Assembly (NCBI GenBank): GCA_020725645.1
Contig: DYEQ01000030.1
Coordinates: 2,863-66,862, forward strand
Direction of reading: 5' to 3'
DNA: 64,000 bases
Source: Candidatus Fermentithermobacillaceae bacterium
GTDB lineage: Bacteria; Bacillota; Sulfobacillia; Fermentithermobacillales; DUSS01
Of this stretch, positions 19,748 through 29,434 are shown piece by piece. The translations under genes were made by a program, and so were the position numbers. The notes under the pieces were generated by a model. That model was not told the DNA's origin. It ran no database searches and saw nothing but the letters and a program-made list of their open reading frames with translations. Within the stretch, counting starts at the first letter, position 1. The number at the start of each line of letters is the position of its first letter.

Positions 19748-20875
19748 ATGACCGTACGAGTCAGAGAAATATCCAGCATGGCCGACATCCGGCGCTTCAT
19801 AGACCTGCCGTGGTTGATATACAAGGGCGACCCGAACTGGGTCCCTCCGTTGAAGTCGGACATCCTCGAGACAATCACGGGACGGACGAACCCCCTGTTC
19901 AAATGCGGCTCTCACGCTGTGTTTCTCGCCGAAGAGGAAGGCCGGGTAGTGGGCAGGGTCATGACCGCCATCGATGAGCAGTTAAACGCCGTCCGTGGGC
20001 GCGGCTGGGGCTACTTCTCGCTTTTCGAGAGCGTCAACGACCCCGCCGTCGCCTCAGCTCTGCTTGGAACTTGCGAGGAGTGGCTGAGGCAAAGGGGTGC
20101 CCGCGTATCCAGGGGGCCGGTCTCGCCGGACAACGGTGACGACTACAGGGGTCTCCTGATCGAAGGCTTCGACTCCCCTCCTGTCCTGATGAACTCATAT
20201 AACCCGAAATACTACGCAGACCTCATCGAGAGCTGCGGCTACAAGGGGGATGGAAACGATAGGCTGGCATACTACTACGAGGTAGCTACCGCCACACAAG
20301 AAGACACGGTCAAGACGATCGAATACGCCCGGTCGCGCTGGGGATTCAGGGTGGACAGAGCGGACTTCAAAAACGTCGACAGGGAGTTACAGGACTTAAA
20401 GACGATCATCGATCGATCGATGCCCGAATGGCCCGACATGATCCCTCCGACAATGGAAGAACTGCGTCTCATGGCCAAAAAGATCCTGCCCCTCGCCGAC
20501 CCGGACTTTATCCTGATCGCGCGGACCCTCGAGGGCCAACCCATCGGCTTTCTCTTAGGGATGCCCGACTATAACCAGGTGCTCAAACATCTTAACGGTA
20601 GACTGTCCCCGTTCGGCTGGGCGAAGTTCCTGTATCTAAAGCGGAAGATTGACGGACTCAGGATATTCGTCCTGTTCGTGACGCCGGAATATCGCAAGAA
20701 GGCGGTCAGTCATGCGATGTTCCTCGAAGTCTTCCGCGCAGCCAAACGCAAGGGCTACCGCTGGGCTGAGGGCTCTACCATCGTCGAGTCGAACGGACCG
20801 ATGAACCTGGACGCCGTGGGAGCAGGCGGACGTCTCTACAAGAAATACAGGACGTATGAAAAGCCTCTCACCTAG
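19748..20875 (+). CDS. YghO-like double-GNAT acyltransferase
   Basis: FIDLPWLIY.GDPNWVPPL, VVGRV, RGPVS, GLLIEGF..PP..MNSYNP.YY and YKKYRTYEK. Confidence 0.75.
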   Translation: MTVRVREISSMADIRRFIDLPWLIYKGDPNWVPPLKSDILETITGRTNPLFKCGSHAVFLAEEEGRVVGRVMTAIDEQLNAVRGRGWGYFSLFESVNDPAVASALLGTCEEWLRQRGARVSRGPVSPDNGDDYRGLLIEGFDSPPVLMNSYNPKYYADLIESCGYKGDGNDRLAYYYEVATATQEDTVKTIEYARSRWGFRVDRADFKNVDRELQDLKTIIDRSMPEWPDMIPPTMEELRLMAKKILPLADPDFILIARTLEGQPIGFLLGMPDYNQVLKHLNGRLSPFGWAKFLYLKRKIDGLRIFVLFVTPEYRKKAVSHAMFLEVFRAAKRKGYRWAEGSTIVESNGPMNLDAVGAGGRLYKKYRTYEKPLT

Positions 20876-21094
20876 CTGCGCAGTCCTGGGTGATGTTTCG
20901 GAATCGCGGTACCGCCCCATCCAGCCGTTTCGGAGGTCGAGTTCCTTAAGATGTAATCGCCCGTGCGCCGAATCGCCGCAACTGCTTAAACACGTCTGCC
21001 AGGCAGGTCGAGTTCGTTAAGACGTCGTCGCTGCGCCTGACGCAGGGGCAAATCCGCGTGTTTCCGGTCGCGGCTAGGGCGAACAGGCTCACAT

Positions 21095-21802
21095 CTACTG
21101 TTCCCCCAGGTAAACCTTGCGAACCCGGTCATCCCGGAGAAGCTCCTTCCCCGGTCCTTCCAGGGCGACCACGCCTGTCTCAAGCACGTAGGCATAGTCG
21201 CACAGCTCCAGCGCCGCTCGGGCGTTTTGCTCGATGAGGAGAATGGTCTTTCCCGATTCGTTAATCCTCTTTATGAGGGCGAAAATCTCCTGAACGAGAA
21301 CGGGCGCAAGCCCCAAAGACGGTTCATCCATCATAAGCAGGTCCGGATCCGACATCAGGGCTCTGCCCACCGCGAGCATCTGCTGCTCGCCGCCGGAAAG
21401 GGTACCAGCCAGCTGCCCCCGGCGCTCCTCAAGCCTGGGAAAGAGCCGGTACACCGCTTCGAGATCCCGGGCGATGGCCGCCTTATCAGTCCGGGTGAAC
21501 GCGCCGAGAAGAAGATTCTCGTACACCGTGAGGTCGGGAAACACACGTCTGCCCTCGGGCACCATGCTGATACCGAGTTTCACGACCTTTTGGGCGGGCC
21601 AGTTGGTTATATCCTTTCCCTCAAATAGGATTTTGCCAGATTTTGCCTTTATAAGGCCGGAGATGGCCCGTAAGGTGGTGCTCTTCCCAGCACCGTTAGC
21701 CCCGACCAGCGCCACGATCTTCCCTTTAGGCACAGACAAGCTGAGGCCTTTGACCGCTTCGATGGCCCCGTACGAAACGCGCAGATCCTGAAGCTCAAGC
21801 AT
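21095..21802 (-). CDS. livF: branched-chain amino acid ABC transporter ATPase
   Basis: GANGAGKST, LSGGEQQM and DEPSLGLAP. Confidence 0.93.
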   Translation of the reverse strand: MLELQDLRVSYGAIEAVKGLSLSVPKGKIVALVGANGAGKSTTLRAISGLIKAKSGKILFEGKDITNWPAQKVVKLGISMVPEGRRVFPDLTVYENLLLGAFTRTDKAAIARDLEAVYRLFPRLEERRGQLAGTLSGGEQQMLAVGRALMSDPDLLMMDEPSLGLAPVLVQEIFALIKRINESGKTILLIEQNARAALELCDYAYVLETGVVALEGPGKELLRDDRVRKVYLGEQ

Positions 21803-22565
21803 GCCTCTCAACTCCTAAATACGCTTCGATGACTTTCGGATCCCTCGATATCTTCTCGGGGGAGCCATGCGCTATGGTGGCGCCGTGGTCGAGCACCACG
21901 ATCCTCTCGCAGATGCCCATGACCACCCTCATTTGATGCTCGATGAGGAGCACCGTCAGGTGGAAATCCTTCCGCACCTTCCGAATGAATTCCATGAGGT
22001 CCTGGGTCTCCCGGGGATTCATGCCGGCCGCCGGCTCGTCGAGGAGCAAAACCTCGGGCTGAGCTGAAAGGGCACGGGCGATCTCGAGCCTTCTCTGTGA
22101 GCCGTAAGGAAGGGATGAAGCGAGGTAGTCTGCGAACGGCGCAAGTCCCACTGACTCGAGAAGAGCCATCGCCTTCTTCCGCATCTCCCTCTCTTCTGCG
22201 GGATAGCGCAGGGTATTGCAGGCCGCCTCCAGAAAAGTGGAACGAAGCCTCCAGTGCAAGGGAACCATGACGTTTTCTAAAACGGTCATGGAACCGAAGA
22301 GCCGTATATTTTGAAACGTCCTGGCTATTCCCAGTCTCGTTATGAGGTCCGGACGCATCCCCGTAATGTCCCTGCCGTTGAACACCACTTGCCCGGATGT
22401 GGGTTTGTAAACACCGGTTATGCAGTTGAAGACGGTGGTCTTACCCGCGCCGTTCGGGCCGATTAGTCCTACGAGCTCCCCCGGGTTGAGCTCGAGAGAA
22501 AAGTCGTCCACGGCCACAAGGCCGCCGAACTTCATGGTCATGTGCCGAATGTCGAGCAAACTCAA
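21795..22565 (-). CDS. livG: branched-chain amino acid ABC transporter ATPase
   Basis: GPNGAGKTT, ARTFQNIRLF and LDEPAAGMN. Confidence 0.93.
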   Translation of the reverse strand: MSLLDIRHMTMKFGGLVAVDDFSLELNPGELVGLIGPNGAGKTTVFNCITGVYKPTSGQVVFNGRDITGMRPDLITRLGIARTFQNIRLFGSMTVLENVMVPLHWRLRSTFLEAACNTLRYPAEEREMRKKAMALLESVGLAPFADYLASSLPYGSQRRLEIARALSAQPEVLLLDEPAAGMNPRETQDLMEFIRKVRKDFHLTVLLIEHQMRVVMGICERIVVLDHGATIAHGSPEKISRDPKVIEAYLGVERHA

Positions 22566-23644
22566 GAGGCAACCCTCCTCCGAAAGAGACGGGAAACGGG
22601 CGAGGATAAATTCTCCCAGGTGAGCTCCTTGTTACCCAAGAGCCCGCGCGGGTAGAACACCACCACTATTACGAGAAGAGCTGAGAAAATCACCATGCGT
22701 AACCCGGGAATACCCTGGATGCTCCAGACGCCCAGATGTATGGGTTCCTCGACTACTCTGAGGAACTCCGTCATAAACGTCACGATAAAGGCGGCTATTA
22801 CCGATCCCGACAGGGACCCCATGCCACCCAGGACCACTGTGAGAAGGATCTGAAACGTCGTAGGGAGTTTGAACATCACCGGATCGATAGTGGTGAGAAG
22901 ACTTGCCATGAGTCCGCCGCCTACTCCGGTGACAAACGAGGATATGGCGAACGCCAGGAGTTTGTGTCTGAAGATGTCTATTCCCATGAGTTCCGCAGCG
23001 GTCTCGTTTTCTCTAATGGCGATGAGAGCTCTGCCAAAACTCGAACGAACGAACCCCCTGAAAAAAAGGAATACGGCGATCCCGACGCCGAAAGTCCACC
23101 ACAGGTTGACCACGTGAGGAATCCCTTTCAGGCCCAGGGCACCGTTGGTCAGGCGCCTTACGTTCTGTAGGACCAGCCTGATTATTTCGGCAAAACCGAG
23201 AGTAGCTATGGCCAGATAGTCGCCTTTCAAACGCAACGCCGGTATCCCTACGAGGACGCCGAAAACACAACTGACGGCGCCGCCGATCAGTAGCGCCGGC
23301 AGGAACGGTATGCATATCCGGTCGAGGGGCTCAAACATCGGCTCCATGAAGAAGACCGTCTTCTTCATCTGCGGCGTCATAACCAGAAGCGAAGTGGTAT
23401 AGGCACCCACTGCCATGAATCCGGCATGTCCCAGTGAAAACTGGCCGGTGAATCCGTTTACCAGATTCAAACTCAGGGCTAAGACCGCATTGATGGCGGC
23501 AAGGTTCAGAATCCTGACGAAATACGCATCCCAGGGACCTATGCCGATGAAGGCCAAATCGCCCTCGGCCCAGGCGAGAAGCAGGGCCAATACAACTGCT
23601 ACCACTATGATTCGTATAATCCCCTTATCACCGCGGGTGGACAT
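22562..23644 (-). CDS. livM: branched-chain amino acid ABC transporter permease
   Basis: GQFSLGHAGFMAVGAY and LKGDYLAIATLGF. Confidence 0.92.
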   Translation of the reverse strand: MSTRGDKGIIRIIVVAVVLALLLAWAEGDLAFIGIGPWDAYFVRILNLAAINAVLALSLNLVNGFTGQFSLGHAGFMAVGAYTTSLLVMTPQMKKTVFFMEPMFEPLDRICIPFLPALLIGGAVSCVFGVLVGIPALRLKGDYLAIATLGFAEIIRLVLQNVRRLTNGALGLKGIPHVVNLWWTFGVGIAVFLFFRGFVRSSFGRALIAIRENETAAELMGIDIFRHKLLAFAISSFVTGVGGGLMASLLTTIDPVMFKLPTTFQILLTVVLGGMGSLSGSVIAAFIVTFMTEFLRVVEEPIHLGVWSIQGIPGLRMVIFSALLVIVVVFYPRGLLGNKELTWENLSSPVSRLFRRRVAS

Positions 23645-23647
23645 AGC

Positions 23648-24541
23648 TCATACCTTCTCCCCTATCTTCTCTCCCAGCAGTCCTGTCGGCCTGAAGAGAA
23701 GCGTAGCTATGAGGATGATGAAAGCGAAAGCATCCCTGTATCCGGAGACCGACGGCAGGAAGGCGACGAGCATGATCTCTGCCACGCCAAGGAGAAAGCC
23801 TCCGATGACCGCCCCTACCACGTTTCCGATGCCCCCGAAGACAGCGGCGATAAAACATTTGAGACCCGGCATCATCCCCATGAGGGGGTTTATCTGCGGA
23901 AACTTCAAGGCCCACATGATTCCTCCCACCGCCGCCAGAGCTGACCCGATGGCAAAGGTGAGAGATATCACGGAATCGACATCCACCCCCATAAGCCTGG
24001 CCGTATCGAAGTCCCTGGCCAGAGCCCTCATGGCGATGCCGGTTTTGGTCTTATGAATTACATAGAGGAGAAGCAGAAGAAGAATTGCCGTCACGAAAAC
24101 AATTACGAAGGTAATGTTGGTAACCCTGATGCCTGCAATATCCGTGGATGCTCCCAGGAAGCCCGGAACTGGAAAGGACTTGGGACGCCCGGTAAAGAGC
24201 ACGAGGCCCAGGTTCTCCAGGAGGAACGAAACCCCGATTGCCGATATCATGGCCGTTATCCGAGGAGAATCTCTGAGCGGTCTGTAGGCCCTTCTCTCTA
24301 TGAGAACACCCACCCCAGCTGTGAGGACGATAGCCAATAGTACGGAAATCGCAAACGGTAGCCTGAAGACCAACACTCCGTAGAACGCCGCGTAAGCCGC
24401 CACCATCAAAAGGTCTGCATGGGCGAAGTTGACGAGCCTCAAAATCCCGTATACCATCGTGTAACCTATGGCGACGAGGGAATACAGACTCCCGAGGGAA
24501 ACGGCGTTGGCGAGGTTACTCCAAAACAGCGACCAGGTCAT
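23648..24541 (-). CDS. livH: branched-chain amino acid ABC transporter permease
   Basis: AIGYTMVYGILRLVNFAH and RPTGLLG. Confidence 0.92.
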   Translation of the reverse strand: MTWSLFWSNLANAVSLGSLYSLVAIGYTMVYGILRLVNFAHADLLMVAAYAAFYGVLVFRLPFAISVLLAIVLTAGVGVLIERRAYRPLRDSPRITAMISAIGVSFLLENLGLVLFTGRPKSFPVPGFLGASTDIAGIRVTNITFVIVFVTAILLLLLLYVIHKTKTGIAMRALARDFDTARLMGVDVDSVISLTFAIGSALAAVGGIMWALKFPQINPLMGMMPGLKCFIAAVFGGIGNVVGAVIGGFLLGVAEIMLVAFLPSVSGYRDAFAFIILIATLLFRPTGLLGEKIGEKV

Positions 24542-24561
24542 GGCTGCTCCTCCAGACGCGC

Positions 24562-24597
24562 TCCCCGCAGGGGCCCTGTGAAGAACCCCCGCGGGGA
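24562..24597 (-). terminator. intercistronic hairpin after the binding-protein gene (mRNA stabiliser or partial terminator)
   Basis: 12-bp stem TCCCCGCGGGGG/CCCCTGCGGGGA, fully paired (one G-U) only on the minus strand. Confidence 0.6.
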
Positions 24598-24615
24598 ATT
24601 GCGTGCGTTATGTTC

Positions 24616-25758
24616 CTAGTCCGGTTCAACGGTGGTCAGATACACGAACTTACCGTCCTTGACCTGGAGAATCACGGCGCTCTTGTTGGCGTCCCCGTTC
24701 TCATCCAGCGTGATCGTCCCGGTCACTCCCTTGAAGTTTTTCGTCGCGGCAATGGCGTCCCTGATCGCCTGGGGCTCCGCCTTGCCGGCGCGGTTGATTG
24801 CGTCGAGGATCAAACAGTAGGCATCGAAGCCCAGGGCTGCGAAGGCATTCGGTTCCTTGTTGTACTTCTTGCGGTACGCCTCGACGAATGTCTTAGCTGC
24901 CTCAGTCCCGGGAGCTTGTGCGCTGTAGTGCGTGGAAAGGGCAGCTCCTTCAACGGCCTCGCCACCGATCTGGATGAATTCCGGAGCTTCCCAGGTGTCA
25001 CCACCCAGGAACGGGCAGTTGATCTTCATCTGCCGGGCCTGCCTGATCATTATCGCGGCATCACCGTACGCGCCTGGAGCGAATATGACATCCGGCTTCT
25101 TGCCGGCAGCGGTGTTGAGCTGCGCGGTGAAATCCTGGTCTCCCGTGTTATATTCCAGCTCCGCAAGGATGCTGTCGGTCTTCCCCGTGAGGGCTATGAA
25201 CGCTTCCTTAAAGTACTGGGCTAGACCCACGGCATAAGGATCCTGGACGTCCCGGATTATGACCGCGGTGCGCGCATTCAGGTCGTTGTAAGCGTATTTC
25301 GCCATCACTTTGCCCTGGAACGGATCGATGAAGCACACCCTGAAGTAGTAGGGGTTATCCACTGTCACCAGGGGGTTGGTGGGCGAGCACCCGACCGTGG
25401 GGATCTTGTTTTTCATCACGATCGGCCCGGCCGCCATCGAAAGCCCGGAACCGTAGCTTCCGATGATGGCGACGACCTTTTTCTGCTCGATCAACCGGGT
25501 TACTGCGTTGGCCGCTTCGTTCTTGTCGGTCTTGTTATCCTCGAGGTAGAGAACTACTTTTTTGCCGAGGACCTCGGGATACAGTTCATTGGCGAGCTGA
25601 ATCCCTTCCCAGGTCATCTGCCCACCCGCAGCTGAACTGCCCGTCATCGGCTCGAAAACTCCGATCCGGATTTCTTTCGCCTCTTTCTGCCCGCATCCCG
25701 AAAGCATGGCAAGCACAAGTAGAACAGCTATACCGAACCCAAAAGTCCTTTTTAACAC
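24616..25758 (-). CDS. livK: branched-chain amino acid ABC substrate-binding lipoprotein
   Basis: Lipobox LSGC; YFRVCFIDPFQG; GVTGTITLD. Confidence 0.9.
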   Translation of the reverse strand: MLKRTFGFGIAVLLVLAMLSGCGQKEAKEIRIGVFEPMTGSSAAGGQMTWEGIQLANELYPEVLGKKVVLYLEDNKTDKNEAANAVTRLIEQKKVVAIIGSYGSGLSMAAGPIVMKNKIPTVGCSPTNPLVTVDNPYYFRVCFIDPFQGKVMAKYAYNDLNARTAVIIRDVQDPYAVGLAQYFKEAFIALTGKTDSILAELEYNTGDQDFTAQLNTAAGKKPDVIFAPGAYGDAAIMIRQARQMKINCPFLGGDTWEAPEFIQIGGEAVEGAALSTHYSAQAPGTEAAKTFVEAYRKKYNKEPNAFAALGFDAYCLILDAINRAGKAEPQAIRDAIAATKNFKGVTGTITLDENGDANKSAVILQVKDGKFVYLTTVEPD

Positions 25759-26189
25759 TCCCGTCTTTCCTCCTTTGTGATAGATACGCTTTTATGGCTT
25801 CTTTCCGACAGCCTGGATGTCGCCCCTGGCCGCAGGCTCGCTACCAGGGTATACGGGAAACGCTGACCCCAACCATACTCCTGCTGGGCTCACGGAAAAC
25901 TGAGACTCGACGAGACCACCCCCTTAAAGGGGCCATCCACCTGACGCCTCTCCCGTGCCCCGTTACCCGTTGTTTAGCTCCCTCTCGTGGAAACCGCCAG
26001 GTCTCAACCACGAGCGGCATTCCGTACTTGGCTTCGATGCTCAGGGTTGATTTTCCTGCCAAACGTTTTTTCGCGGTATGACGGTCGCGCCCAAAGGCAG
26101 GCGGGAAATCGCGACCGGGAACCTCCGGGTGTACAATATGCACAATGAGTATTGCGTCGCAAGAACCGGACGCGGTGGAGGGAAAGGGT

Positions 26190-26771
26190 ATGCTCGTAGG
26201 GAACAAAGTCAACTTGAGAGCTCTTGAACTGTCAGACCTGGACAACAACATGATGTGGATAAACGACCGCGAGGTTACGAGGTGGCTTGTATCGTTTACA
26301 TGGCCGACGTCGAGGAAGACCGAGGAACAGTGGTTGACCAACAGGCTAACGTCACCAACCGCGACCGACAGGGTGCTCGCCATCGAAACAAAAGACGGGA
26401 CGTACCTGGGCAACATCGGACTTCACGGCGTCGATTACATTTCCGGAGTCGCGGAACTCGGGATAGTAATCGGTCGAAAGGAACAGTGGAACAAAGGCTA
26501 CGGCGTGGATGCCATAAGGACGCTTTTAGACTTTGCGTTCCGCGAACTGAGACTGAGGAAGATCTTCCTTCGCGTCCTTGGAAACAACGCCCGAGCTCAA
26601 AAGTGCTACTCTAAGATAGGCTTTAAGGAAGTAGGACGTCTGAAAGCTCACCAGCTGAAAGAGGGAAACTTTGAGGATGTCATTTACATGGAGATCTTCG
26701 CCGAGGAATTTAAAGCTGTAAACGATTCAACCGGGGGTGTCACATGCGACAGGCGAGAATCGGGGATCTGA
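26190..26771 (+). CDS. RimJ/RimL-family GNAT N-acetyltransferase
   Basis: LRALE..D, AELGIVIG, WNKGYG and N.RAQKCYSKIGF. Confidence 0.9.
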   Translation: MLVGNKVNLRALELSDLDNNMMWINDREVTRWLVSFTWPTSRKTEEQWLTNRLTSPTATDRVLAIETKDGTYLGNIGLHGVDYISGVAELGIVIGRKEQWNKGYGVDAIRTLLDFAFRELRLRKIFLRVLGNNARAQKCYSKIGFKEVGRLKAHQLKEGNFEDVIYMEIFAEEFKAVNDSTGGVTCDRRESGI

Positions 26772-27511
26772 AGATTCACCTTAGGGAAGAGCCTGACTCA
26801 ACGGGGGTTCTGGTGGTTAACTCTAACGCCGTCCTCTTCCTGGACAGGACCGCTCTCGAGTATTTCAAGGCGTTTTTCACAGCTTGGGAGCGGTCGGCCA
26901 AGTCCGGGAGGAGTGATACCGGTGCCGCGCTCGACCCCGTCCTCGCCGGGGAGAAACTAACTCCCGCCGTGGTTGGAGCTATAACCAGGAAATACATGGT
27001 CCGTTCAGGACGCGCCGCCCAGGACTGGGGGCGTCTGTGGAACACGGTACTGGCGGTGGCGACGGGTTCTCGTTGTCCCTTTTCCGACTTCGAGGTCAGA
27101 AGGGTGGAACCCCTATCTCGGGAGCTTTCAGCCCCATACCGCGTAGACCTGATACTCACGTACAGATGCCAGAACAACTGCGCGCACTGTTACGCGGGAG
27201 GCCCACGAGCAACACCGGAGCTTCAAACGGCGGATTGGAAACGCATCATCCAAAAGCTTGCCGGCTGGGGAGTTCCCACTCTGACTTTTACAGGGGGAGA
27301 ACCTCTCCTAAGAGATGATCTGGAGGACCTCGTAGCTTACGCCGGGAAATGTGGGTGCGTGACCGGGCTGATCACAAACGGAAGGCTCCTCACTCGGGAC
27401 CGGGTTCAGGCGTTGTTCCGGGCAGGGCTTGATTTTACCCAGATTACTCTGGAATCCAGCGACCCGAAGATACACGATCTGGAGAGGGCAAACCCGTGGC
27501 CTTGCAGGTAG
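26744..27511 (+). pseudogene. radical SAM enzyme with N-terminal PqqD/RRE-like domain, truncated at the C-terminus
   Basis: LTYRCQNNCAHC, FTGGEPLLR and LITNG; family-like sequence stops after ITLESSDPKIHD; no rest of barrel and no SPASM domain. Confidence 0.75.
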
Positions 27512-27690
27512 TGGTGCGCGTAGCCTCAGCCGACTCGAGTCTGGGCTGAGGAATTATCCGCGCCATTCCTTCAAAGGACGCATCCGAACCAGGCTTAGAC
27601 GAAGGCCAGACTAATCCGAATAGCGCACAAACGAAGCTCACGGGAGGAATCATGGCAGATTCGGGTTAAACGGTTCCCAGCCGGGCTACC

Positions 27691-29322
27691 TTACGTGCAG
27701 CCACCGCCCCCGGCGCACGCGCATGCGCAAGCGCACGATACACAAGCACAGGCGCAGGCACAGCTGGGCGGGGTGAAGATGCCCCCGTGATGGCTCCTGT
27801 GTCCGCCCGCGGCCCATGTAGCCGGTCTCACGGGGACGAATACTGACTCCGTGATTTCTCTGAATCGCCTCTCCTCGCCCCGGAGGATTCGATCCGAGAT
27901 GCCGTAGTACCTCATAAAGACGTAATGGGGCCAAAAGTAGCCAAATTGCCCCACCGGGAATCCCGTCACCCACCATCCGGGCGGAGCGTACCCACCCCTC
28001 TGCTCTCTTTCGTTGAAAACTTGCTCCAATTGAGCGGAGGATTCCTCCACCTGCAAGAGCCACAGAAGATGCCTATCGACAGCTTCCAGTTTCATCTCGG
28101 GAGTACCCTGGGCCTTCACCTCGTCCCATAGCTCTGCGATCCGCCGGCGATAGAATTCCTCGGTGTCCCTGCGGCAGTAGGGTTTCATCTTCTCGTTCAC
28201 GGACACTACCAGATAACGGAAAACCGGCACTAACTTCCCCGGCTCGATTTCTCCGGTTTCTCTGTTAATGGCCTCGACGAAGAGCTTTTCGGCCTCGGAC
28301 AGGTCCCTTTCATATTCGACGGCGAGCTTTAACGGGTCGGTGGAATAGGCTCGGACGACCCCCCTCTTTATCATGGAGAAAAGAAGGAGAGTCGCCGTTT
28401 TCTCGGGGGGTTGGTTAAGAAGAATTGAGGCCTCAACAGGGGACAAATTCTCGTTAACACCCACGCCTTCCATGCTTACCTGTGGCGAACTATATTGTTC
28501 TCTCGAAAGACCGAGCACCACAAAGAATATGAACGCCCCGACCATCAGGACTACGAGAACGATCCCGATACCTTGATCGCCGAACCGCGGCGCCCTGTAC
28601 CCTGGGTATTGATGCACCGGTGCCGTCTTTCCCCCTTCCAGTTGCGAAGGCAGTTTAACACACTTCTCGGGGAAACCAACGATCACCGACACCCGTTCGT
28701 CGGGCCTGAGCCCGCGGAAACTCCAGGTCACGACATATGCGCCGGACTCGGTTTGGGCGATCCCATCCCACTTTCTCGAGCCGGTCTTGATCTCCGACTT
28801 CTCCACCCCATTCGGGAGTATCACAGCTATGTCCAACGACCCGACCTCCGAGGACCACCATCCGGGGATGTACCGCATGGTCACGTAGTCGTCGTTCTGC
28901 GTGTCGGGGAAAACAAATTTAGGTATGGTCGCAGTGACGGTAAAACTCCTGGACGTGCCGGGCTTAATGGTGGGAAATCCGCGAAGGACTACTACGTATT
29001 GTCCGTCTGACCTCCTGACAGAGTAGCTCACCGCATTGCCGTCCTGGTCAACCACGGACGAAACCGTCGTTTCGGTGGTGGGGAGTCCTGTCCAAATCTC
29101 CGTGCAGGGCTCCGTGGAAGATTTCGAGACTTCGAACTCGAAATACCGGACGAGTTCGACGTCTGCGTTTTCCTTGATAGTGAGCTGGTCCTGCTGTTTG
29201 GCGATCCGGTAGATGAACGACGATAACCCCGGAGTCGCCGGGACCAAAAAGATGAACACGGCCAGGGATAATGCCAGTGTAAACGCAGTAAGACGCGCCT
29301 TTCCCTCGCCAGTAGTCTTCAT
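27691..29322 (-). CDS. single-pass membrane protein (DUF2207-like architecture) with a C-terminal SCACACACVSCACACACAGGGGCT tail
   Basis: Signal peptide, beta-rich extracellular domain, one TM helix, helical cytoplasmic domain, His/Gly linker and 9-Cys tail. Confidence 0.85.
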   Translation of the reverse strand: MKTTGEGKARLTAFTLALSLAVFIFLVPATPGLSSFIYRIAKQQDQLTIKENADVELVRYFEFEVSKSSTEPCTEIWTGLPTTETTVSSVVDQDGNAVSYSVRRSDGQYVVVLRGFPTIKPGTSRSFTVTATIPKFVFPDTQNDDYVTMRYIPGWWSSEVGSLDIAVILPNGVEKSEIKTGSRKWDGIAQTESGAYVVTWSFRGLRPDERVSVIVGFPEKCVKLPSQLEGGKTAPVHQYPGYRAPRFGDQGIGIVLVVLMVGAFIFFVVLGLSREQYSSPQVSMEGVGVNENLSPVEASILLNQPPEKTATLLLFSMIKRGVVRAYSTDPLKLAVEYERDLSEAEKLFVEAINRETGEIEPGKLVPVFRYLVVSVNEKMKPYCRRDTEEFYRRRIAELWDEVKAQGTPEMKLEAVDRHLLWLLQVEESSAQLEQVFNEREQRGGYAPPGWWVTGFPVGQFGYFWPHYVFMRYYGISDRILRGEERRFREITESVFVPVRPATWAAGGHRSHHGGIFTPPSCACACACVSCACACACAGGGGCT

Positions 29323-29434
29323 GCCGCACACCCCTTAAAGGCGTTTCTTCAGGATCTACCGGACATCCTACGTTTCCGCTTAATCCAACGCTGCTCTACA
29401 CTCCATTTTACTCGTTCGGAAGCCCGCCGGTCGT

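Noticed and set aside
25760..26140. T-box or other riboswitch upstream of the liv operon
   Set aside because: No recognisable conserved motif on the minus strand
27694..27765. DNA microsatellite behind the Cys-Ala tail
   Set aside because: Synonymous codons vary throughout
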